A model generated the notes under the pieces. The model had not been told where the DNA came from. It searched no databases and saw only the letters and a list, made by a program, of their open reading frames with translations. Shown here one piece after another: positions 25,079-31,553 of a stretch of DNA of 31,553 bases. A program made the position numbers and the translations under genes. The stretch covers positions 1-31,553 of IMG/VR virus record IMGVR_UViG_3300020045_004320. The stretch is one strand, 5' to 3'. The stretch is from a virus. Lineage: Duplodnaviria; Caudoviricetes. Position 1 is the first letter of the stretch; each line of letters starts with the position of its first letter.

Positions 25079-25410
25079 TAGGCCACCTGATATCGGATAA
25101 TAACTTTTGCAGTCCCGGACGCAACGGAGCAGGCCGAAAAATCGATCATAGGGTTGAACTCTTTCACCCCGGACGAAAGCACGTCTTTTTGATATGACCC
25201 GTCTATTGAATAGAGCTGGAAAATGATCTGGCCGGCGTCCGTCATGTTTTTTATGGTTATATACTCACCTGCGGCCCCAGGTATAAAAAGGACTTCCTTT
25301 ATCAGCATGTTTCCGGCCGTCAAATGGCTCGAATAAGTCCAATCTTCGGAAAGAGTGCTGATAGTAACGCTCCTTCCGTTTGCCGCTGCCGGTAGCACTG
25401 CGTTTGCCAT
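25078..25410 (-). CDS. Hypothetical virion protein
   Basis: GAGG RBS before MANAV at 25410. The upstream ATG lies within a hairpin. Confidence 0.7.
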   Translation of the reverse strand: MANAVLPAAANGRSVTISTLSEDWTYSSHLTAGNMLIKEVLFIPGAAGEYITIKNMTDAGQIIFQLYSIDGSYQKDVLSSGVKEFNPMIDFSACSVASGTAKVIIRYQVA

Positions 25411-25421
25411 AATATACCTCG

Positions 25422-25444
25422 TTAAAGCCGGGGTTTCCCCCGGC
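25422..25444 (-). terminator. Hairpin GCCGGGG-GAAA-CCCCGGC followed by TTT
   Basis: 7-bp GC stem just after the stop of 25453..25962. Confidence 0.55.
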
Positions 25445-25452
25445 ATTCAGGT

Positions 25453-25962
25453 TTACAGTACCGCCGTCACATAAGCGCCGTCAGACATCGGAGTGTACCA
25501 AACAGAGAACTTTACCGTTCCAGATGTAGCGTTGGCAACAGAAGTCAAAATTCCAATTGTTCCAGTTCCGCCGGAGGTGCCTACAATCTGAGGCGCCGGA
25601 TTAATATCTGAGATTGCAGGAGTGGCAGTCAACACAACTGCCGTAGCAACCGCCCCGCCTACCCACATAATTCTTTCGCCTACTGCCAACTGAGCACAAG
25701 AGCCCGAGGCCGCATTCATAGGCTGTACGGCAATAACGGGGGACGAAGATGTGAAGTTATAAAGCAGTGCCGTTGCATTGTTTCCGAGAACAACAGTCAC
25801 CTCACCAAAAAGGGTATGGATTCGAACCCGGCCATAGACATTAAAAATCTCGATCTGCGTACCGGCCATATAGGTAGCGGCCGCAAGCGCCGAAGTATCC
25901 ACACGGATACCGTTTGTTAGATCGCCGATTCTCGCAATTGTCGAAGGGTTGTAATTTGGCAT
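25453..25962 (-). CDS. Putative capsid decoration / structural protein
   Basis: Ala/Thr/Val-rich beta protein downstream of the capsid gene, AAAGGA RBS. Confidence 0.7.
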   Translation of the reverse strand: MPNYNPSTIARIGDLTNGIRVDTSALAAATYMAGTQIEIFNVYGRVRIHTLFGEVTVVLGNNATALLYNFTSSSPVIAVQPMNAASGSCAQLAVGERIMWVGGAVATAVVLTATPAISDINPAPQIVGTSGGTGTIGILTSVANATSGTVKFSVWYTPMSDGAYVTAVL

Positions 25963-25991
25963 TTCTTTTTCCTTTCAGGATGGCGCGGGCA

Positions 25992-26174
25992 TCATTCCAG
26001 CCCGCCCTTTTGTTTTACTGGTTTCGAAAATTTTTCAACGGCATCAGAAAGCTTTTTAATTTTCATTTCAAGATCGGCAATTCTGGCCGCAAATACAGCA
26101 GTTGCGGCTCCGACACTTTCCGAAGCGATCTCTTTGGCTATTTGGTTGACTTGCTCAACTTCTGATCTCAGCAT
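25992..26174 (-). CDS. Small coiled-coil hypothetical protein
   Basis: 60 aa, fills the gap in the operon. Confidence 0.6.
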   Translation of the reverse strand: MLRSEVEQVNQIAKEIASESVGAATAVFAARIADLEMKIKKLSDAVEKFSKPVKQKGGLE

Positions 26175-26185
26175 AAGTCACCGCC

Positions 26186-26653
26186 TTAGATTGCAGTCGG
26201 GATGGCGTTGCCCTGGTAGCGAGGCACACAAATCGCAACAGCATGGACGATACCGGAATCGGCCGACCCATCCAGCGCCAAGGTAATCCAAGGCTGGCCC
26301 TCGGTAAGCGTTTTGCAATCAATCTCGATAATCTGAGTCCGTGTGGAAATGGTTGCCGTGGCAACAGCAACAGACGTTCCTGAAGCCCATGAGGAATAGA
26401 CATCAGCGCTTGTTGCGCCCTGAGCCGCCCCGCCGTATCGAGAAGAAAAGGTTTCAGCAGTTGTTTGAGTTCCGGCAGTAGCGCCGGACTTAACCGTAAG
26501 AGCGGCAGCGCCAGCACCGCCAACCGCGCCGTATGTCAGCACGAACATGACATGGTGCAGATTGGTAGTATTGATGGAGTCGGCAGTAAACCCGGCGTTA
26601 AAATCCGTTGAAGTCCCGAGGCCAATCACTTTGAATTGCTCTGATAGATACAT
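26186..26653 (-). CDS. Putative capsid decoration protein
   Basis: First gene after the major capsid gene, AAGGAG RBS, Ala/Thr/Gly-rich. Confidence 0.75.
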   Translation of the reverse strand: MYLSEQFKVIGLGTSTDFNAGFTADSINTTNLHHVMFVLTYGAVGGAGAAALTVKSGATAGTQTTAETFSSRYGGAAQGATSADVYSSWASGTSVAVATATISTRTQIIEIDCKTLTEGQPWITLALDGSADSGIVHAVAICVPRYQGNAIPTAI

Positions 26654-26674
26654 TGTCTTTTTCTCCTTATTGGT

Positions 26675-26702
26675 TCAATGCCGGGTATTTCACCGGCATT
26701 GA
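26675..26702. promoter_or_regulatory. 10-bp stem hairpin after the capsid gene
   Basis: tcaatgccgg / ccggcattga. Confidence 0.55.
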
Positions 26703-26714
26703 CATGTTTTAAAA

Positions 26715-28037
26715 TTACGCCCTGGTTGCGAGTGCAACAAAATGCGATTGGGTTGCAGTGGCGCCGCCCTTAAACGGGGTCAGCGCGGATGCACGAACAG
26801 GCTGCCCATCAACGCGCATCACAAATCTAAAAACTTGCTCGTCGTATATAAATCGAACGTGTATGCTCATTGCCGCCTCAATTCCGCCCTTTTCCGCCAG
26901 AATGTATCCGTTCGAAAGGTCGGCGAGGATAATATCTCCGACAGTTCCGAGCGCTTGGCACTGCTCAATCGGGATGACAGGGCGCCCGAACAACGTGCCG
27001 TAAGGCGCGGACGACAACCCACCGGCCGGCATATAAACAGGGACGCCACCGGTTCCTACGGCAATTGACATTGTGAAAAGTTGTGGCTCAATCGCCTGGT
27101 TGATCAGCCATATTGCATTCTGCCGACTCGGTGCAAATAAACGGGAGTACATTTTGATCACGTTTTCAGCCATGACCGTTGCCGCAAGTTGACCGGTTTC
27201 AGCAGATTGTGAAACGAGGCACCCGGAGTTAAGGATACCAAGAGGCTGACCAGAACCTGAACCGTTGATGATTGCATCATCCAGCATGAACCCGAACTCT
27301 GATACGAACCCATCCCGGATAACGCCTTCAAGGGCCGCGGCATCATCCAGAAGCTCATCTGTTGCGTAGCAAAGGCCAACCATTTTTTTGAGGTTCAGTT
27401 CAATTTTTCGGAACTTCGGCTTGCTGGCGGTTTTCTCTTCAGCCTCATCCGCCCAATACCCACGGATTCCACCCTGGCGGGAACCTGCAACCCGGCTGGT
27501 TTCGTCCATTCCGTTGATCTTGATCGAATTGGAGTTTCCGGAAATGGTAACGCGCCGGCAACGGGAAGCGAGGACGCCGGTTTCAAAAACATCCTTCAAA
27601 ATCTCTGAAGCGAAATCCTGTTGGACAAGGAACCCGCCGTCGCTCGGGACTGTTTCATTCAAACCGGTGGCCGCATTCAGCAAACGAGGATCGACACGTC
27701 CGCCCGGGATGCCTGCCCGCATGATCGCGGCCATCTGCTGACCGAAGGAGTTGAACTTGTCTTTTGCTGCCCGGTCCTCAACGGTAATCAAAGGCCGTTG
27801 CGGTTTCGGGGAGGTTAGCGCCTGAGGAACAGCGGAAAGCTTGTTTGATATCGCCTCTTCCTGCTCAATGCTCTTGATTATGCGCTCGTAATCGGAGATG
27901 GTGGCGAAGATTTTATCCCTCAGTGTGACTTCCTCGTCGGTGTAATCCCGGCCCTCTGCTGAACAAACAGCGCCCATTTTAGTCGCCCTGTCAAAAAGAG
28001 CCTTTATTTCTTCTTTATATTGCGTTACCGTTTTCAT
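26715..28037 (-). CDS. HK97-fold major capsid protein with an N-terminal scaffold (delta) domain
   Basis: DGGFLV, W..E......SKPKF, TDELL.D, G.G.GQPLGIL, LFGRPV, FR...RVDG. Confidence 0.97.
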   Translation of the reverse strand: MKTVTQYKEEIKALFDRATKMGAVCSAEGRDYTDEEVTLRDKIFATISDYERIIKSIEQEEAISNKLSAVPQALTSPKPQRPLITVEDRAAKDKFNSFGQQMAAIMRAGIPGGRVDPRLLNAATGLNETVPSDGGFLVQQDFASEILKDVFETGVLASRCRRVTISGNSNSIKINGMDETSRVAGSRQGGIRGYWADEAEEKTASKPKFRKIELNLKKMVGLCYATDELLDDAAALEGVIRDGFVSEFGFMLDDAIINGSGSGQPLGILNSGCLVSQSAETGQLAATVMAENVIKMYSRLFAPSRQNAIWLINQAIEPQLFTMSIAVGTGGVPVYMPAGGLSSAPYGTLFGRPVIPIEQCQALGTVGDIILADLSNGYILAEKGGIEAAMSIHVRFIYDEQVFRFVMRVDGQPVRASALTPFKGGATATQSHFVALATRA

Positions 28038-28040
28038 TTC

Positions 28041-28886
28041 TCAGTTCCTTTCATATTTTTCAGTTTCGTTCAAAATCATAGCTGTCCTATCCATTTTTAC
28101 CCTTTTTTCTTCTTTTATCGAAACCGGACCGGCATCATCCCGATGCTTCAAGCCGTTTGCCACGATCGCCTTAGCAACGGAATTACTGCACCCTACATCC
28201 CGTAGGGCCTTTTCCATTTCTCTCGGCGTTGGTGTCATGTTTTGGAGTTTTTTGAGTGCGTCAGGCACATTAGCGAAGATCTCCAAGTCAAAAATGATGT
28301 TTTTCGCGTCTTTTGCTTCGTCTGGTAGCCCATCTATTACATCAACAAGCCCGTATTCCTTTGCTTCTTGAGCGGTAAACCACGTTTCTTCCGACATCTT
28401 TTGAAGAATCTCGTCTTTTTCTTTTCCTGACTTTGCCATGTAGATTGAGGCTATGGTTGTGTTTGAAACCTTTTCGAGAAGGTCCGCCTCTTCCCTCATG
28501 GCCCGAGCATCCCCAACAACGATTGACCACGGGTTATGGATCATCAAAAATGTGTTGTCAGCCATCCTTACCTCATCACCAGCAAGCGCGATAATTGAAG
28601 AAATTGACGCTGCAAGTCCATCAACGTGTGTAATTGTCTTCGCTTTGTGCTGCTTTATGGCATTGTAAATGGCCGTCCCATCAAAAACTGACCCGCCTGG
28701 AGAGTTAATGCGGATATGGACAGTGCTTGCTTTCGATGCATTCAGGTCTTTAACGAATTGATCGGCAGAAATCCCCCAATAAGAAATTTCGTCATAGATG
28801 TAGAAAGTTGCCTCATCCGCCTTGTTTTCAACCCGGTATTGGCCTTTATTCCTATTCTGGAATGGGCTTCTGTTCAGTATCCGCAT
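28041..28886 (-). CDS. ClpP-type prohead maturation protease
   Basis: RINSPGGSVFDG, DGLAASISS, LMIHNPW and ETWFTA.EA..YG. Confidence 0.96.
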   Translation of the reverse strand: MRILNRSPFQNRNKGQYRVENKADEATFYIYDEISYWGISADQFVKDLNASKASTVHIRINSPGGSVFDGTAIYNAIKQHKAKTITHVDGLAASISSIIALAGDEVRMADNTFLMIHNPWSIVVGDARAMREEADLLEKVSNTTIASIYMAKSGKEKDEILQKMSEETWFTAQEAKEYGLVDVIDGLPDEAKDAKNIIFDLEIFANVPDALKKLQNMTPTPREMEKALRDVGCSNSVAKAIVANGLKHRDDAGPVSIKEEKRVKMDRTAMILNETEKYERN

Positions 28887-30141
28887 TGCTTTTTTCTCCG
28901 ATTTTTACATTTTTTTCTACATTTTTAGTCAAAATTTCCTTGACCATTGATGACGGAACCATGTTTAACGGCACATAGTATTCGTCGCCGTTTTTGATTG
29001 GGTCGAGATCCTCTTTCGATCTGATCTCGTTTTGGCTCATTGCTCCGATACCAAACATGGCCCTATAAAATTCCCCCCTGCTCTTTGCATCACCACGCAA
29101 AAGACCCTCTACAACATGCTTAAAATAAAGGTTTTGAACCTCCTTCTCTGTTTTAGTGAGAAGTTGCATGTTCATTGCCTGCTCAAGCCTGACTATCCAT
29201 GGCAAAATGGAGTCAGTTACAAAAGAAATCTGCTCCGATTCAATATTATTGAATGACGATCTTGAAAGATCCTTCAGCTTGTGCGGTGGTAAATTAAAGA
29301 GCCTCGCTATTTCAGGAATTTGGAATTGCCTTGATTCAAGGAATTGAGAATCTTCTGGTGGAATACCAATTTTCTCAAGCTTCATGCCCTCTTCGAGAAC
29401 CATCAGCTTGTGGGCCTTAGCAAGTCCTTCGCTTGTGTTGGAAAAAGCCGCTTTCAGGTTCGACATGGCCCTGTCATCAAGATGTCCAGGGTGAGAGATA
29501 ACTCTTCCCACATGTGTCCCTTGGCCGAAGTAGAGAGCGCCAAAAGTCTCAAGAGCCATGCCAAGCCCGATTGTTTTCCTAGCCATCCCGATTGGTGAAT
29601 ATCCCTGAAAACCGTCAAACCCGAGACCGGCTATGTGCAAAACCTTATATTTTGGGAGATAAACTTGCTGCCCGTCAACCGAAACGGAATAAAAAATGCC
29701 GTTTTCTCTCCATTCGGCCTTTATCCTGTTGGGAGTTATCGGCCACAACTCTACCACTTTCCCAAAGCCATCACGGACTATCTCAGCATACCCATTGCCC
29801 CATGTCAGTACATGCGCCATCAGCGTTTCACGGAATGCCATTGCCGACTGATACGGGTTTGCCTCATCGTGCAGAAGACGATAAAGCGAATTTTTACGGG
29901 CTATTTCTTTTCTGTTACCATTTTTCGATTGATATAAATGAAGAGGAAGGGTTGAAACTGTCCCGGAAATCAGGGAAACAGCATTCCAAACAGCGGTATA
30001 TGTCATCGCCGTTTGTTCGGTAACAGTTTCGCCTGACAAAGAAGCAGAACCGGCCATATTCCACAATGACGGATTCCACGCCTTTTCATCTGTTACTGAA
30101 AGGTTTTTAAACCTATAAAAGAATCTTTTGAAAAAATTCAA
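28852..30141 (-). CDS. HK97-family portal protein
   Basis: WGNGYA, G.SPI, LEEGM, DSQFLESR.FQ..EIAR.F.LP and NEIR..EDL.P. Confidence 0.97.
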   Translation of the reverse strand: MNFFKRFFYRFKNLSVTDEKAWNPSLWNMAGSASLSGETVTEQTAMTYTAVWNAVSLISGTVSTLPLHLYQSKNGNRKEIARKNSLYRLLHDEANPYQSAMAFRETLMAHVLTWGNGYAEIVRDGFGKVVELWPITPNRIKAEWRENGIFYSVSVDGQQVYLPKYKVLHIAGLGFDGFQGYSPIGMARKTIGLGMALETFGALYFGQGTHVGRVISHPGHLDDRAMSNLKAAFSNTSEGLAKAHKLMVLEEGMKLEKIGIPPEDSQFLESRQFQIPEIARLFNLPPHKLKDLSRSSFNNIESEQISFVTDSILPWIVRLEQAMNMQLLTKTEKEVQNLYFKHVVEGLLRGDAKSRGEFYRAMFGIGAMSQNEIRSKEDLDPIKNGDEYYVPLNMVPSSMVKEILTKNVEKNVKIGEKSNADTEQKPIPE

Positions 30142-30170
30142 TAGACACGCCTATGCATAGGGTTTCGCAT

Positions 30171-30240
30171 AGGGTACAGGAAGGATTTAAAATATCAATG
30201 CAGCTATTTATGTGGTTTTATGTAGTTTTTAAAGTATTTT
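30171..30240 (-). promoter_or_regulatory. Putative late promoter with upstream 10-bp direct repeats
   Basis: TTGATA-N16-TACCCT preceded by ACTACATAAA ACCACATAAA. Confidence 0.45.
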
Positions 30241-30245
30241 TTTAT

Positions 30246-30476
30246 TTATTCGTAAATTTCACCTGTCCGGAACACCTGAATCGCCAAAACTGAATCTTGC
30301 GGTATTCGCGTCACCGTTCCTGCTATTTTTACAGATTCAAGCTTTCCGGCAACGATCCAGTTGTAAACAGTTTGCAGCGTGACGTTAAAATAAGTAGCCA
30401 CCTCTTGCGGTGTATAAAAAACTTTTTCTGGTAAACCCGCTTCGTGCTCACTTTTTTTTATTATTTTCGGTTTCAT
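30246..30476 (-). CDS. Xis/MerR-like HTH DNA-binding protein
   Basis: YTPQEVATYFNVTLQTVYNWI..GKL...RIP and GGAG RBS. Confidence 0.9.
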   Translation of the reverse strand: MKPKIIKKSEHEAGLPEKVFYTPQEVATYFNVTLQTVYNWIVAGKLESVKIAGTVTRIPQDSVLAIQVFRTGEIYE

Positions 30477-30490
30477 ATCTCTCCGTTTTT

Positions 30491-31552
30491 TTAATCAAGC
30501 ATAAACACGCCTCTTGTTGAGTAAACAGAAGCTTTTTCGACAACCATGTCTCGGCTCTTAAGACCAATAGCCATGGCCAACGCCACGGCGCCGTCAATTC
30601 GGAATCGAGGCTTGCTCTTATCAATCTTTCGGTTTCCGGCCGGATCTGATATCCCCATGGCGTTGGCGATATTCCACGTCAGGCACGGGTGGCCATCGTG
30701 AATAAGCCTTCGTTCCAAGATTGAAACCTCCATTGCATCTATGGCGGGGGCCATATCCTTGAACCCCTGGCCCCATGGTACGATTCTAAGCGCTTCAGAT
30801 CTCGCATTATCCTTGCCATCAACATACCAATCAAGCCCTACCCTGTTCGCTGCATTCAGCAAGTCGTCAATGCTCCACCGGTCGTATGCCATTCCAAGAA
30901 CCCGGTATTTTTTCACGATCTCCGCGATTCTTGACACCACCCAATCGTACTGAATAGCGCGACCCGGAGTTGTTTCAATGTGGCCCGACTGCTTCCATGC
31001 CAAATATGGAACTCGGTCCCTATTTTCATGTTCCCGGATAAGGTCTTCCGGTTTCCAGAACCACGCCCTGGTTATCTCGTTTTCTCCGGAAGATACCGCA
31101 ACAAGCGCAGTTAAGTCGGTTTTTCCGGAAAGATCGAGCCCGAGATATATTTCTTTGCCGGTTGAAAGCTGATTTTCTCCCCTGCACCCCATCCATTCCG
31201 CACGGGGAATAAGCGGGGACTTCGAGTCTGTTCGTTCGTTGCAATATAAATTTCTAAAAGAGGCCTCAAATGATGGAATCCTCTTTGCCCTTTGTGCTGC
31301 TGTTTTCATTTCCGGCAATGATCTGAATTTTCCTAATGCAGGGTTTGCTTTTTTCCATAATTTTGGATTGTCAAAAACACCATCCGACCCATCAGGTACA
31401 GCATATAAATGACATACTGTTGATGGATCAATCTTCGAAAGCCCATCATCTATAAGATTAGATAAAATATGTTGTGGATCAGCCGATTGAGTTGAAATAA
31501 TAATTGATAATGGCTCTTCTCTTGCTGCTCCTGCTGTATCCATAGCATCATA
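30491..31552 (-). CDS. terL: Terminase large subunit, 5'-truncated by the window edge
   Basis: IISTQ, W.KANPALG, GLDLS...DLTA, YDRW, GQGFKDMAP and RIDG.VA. Confidence 0.96.
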   Translation of the reverse strand, partial: YDAMDTAGAAREEPLSIIISTQSADPQHILSNLIDDGLSKIDPSTVCHLYAVPDGSDGVFDNPKLWKKANPALGKFRSLPEMKTAAQRAKRIPSFEASFRNLYCNERTDSKSPLIPRAEWMGCRGENQLSTGKEIYLGLDLSGKTDLTALVAVSSGENEITRAWFWKPEDLIREHENRDRVPYLAWKQSGHIETTPGRAIQYDWVVSRIAEIVKKYRVLGMAYDRWSIDDLLNAANRVGLDWYVDGKDNARSEALRIVPWGQGFKDMAPAIDAMEVSILERRLIHDGHPCLTWNIANAMGISDPAGNRKIDKSKPRFRIDGAVALAMAIGLKSRDMVVEKASVYSTRGVFMLD

Positions 31553-31553
31553 T

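Noticed and set aside
4871-31244. Numerous plus-strand and nested ORFs in the late region
   Set aside because: Antisense or off-frame shadows of well-supported minus-strand genes, with no recognisable motifs.

Overview
About 31.5 kb of a long-tailed dsDNA phage or prophage with an HK97-type head. The host cannot be determined from the sequence. The minus strand (31552 to 4875) carries one long late operon: terL (partial), an HTH gene, portal, Clp-type protease, major capsid, decoration and neck genes, a methyltransferase plus a double glycosyltransferase inserted among the tail genes, major tail protein, a -1 frameshifted tail chaperone, tape measure, tail tip, a kelch-like propeller, lysis genes, an Acb2/Tad1-like anti-defence gene, a secreted small protein and a beta-helix protein with an inserted jelly-roll domain. 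The plus strand (1 to ~4760) holds a recombination/nin-like region (Rad52/Sak-like annealing protein, YqaJ exonuclease, NinB-like, HNH) that is unusually rearranged. It shows a fold-back inversion inside the annealing-protein gene, a 296-bp insert flanked by an exact 40-bp duplication, and a ~1.34-kb inverted block of diverged syntenic genes placed between two in-frame HNH halves. That block creates two interleaved pairs of inverted repeats, a possible invertase-free allele switch. All family assignments come from motif recognition by eye; no database searches were run.
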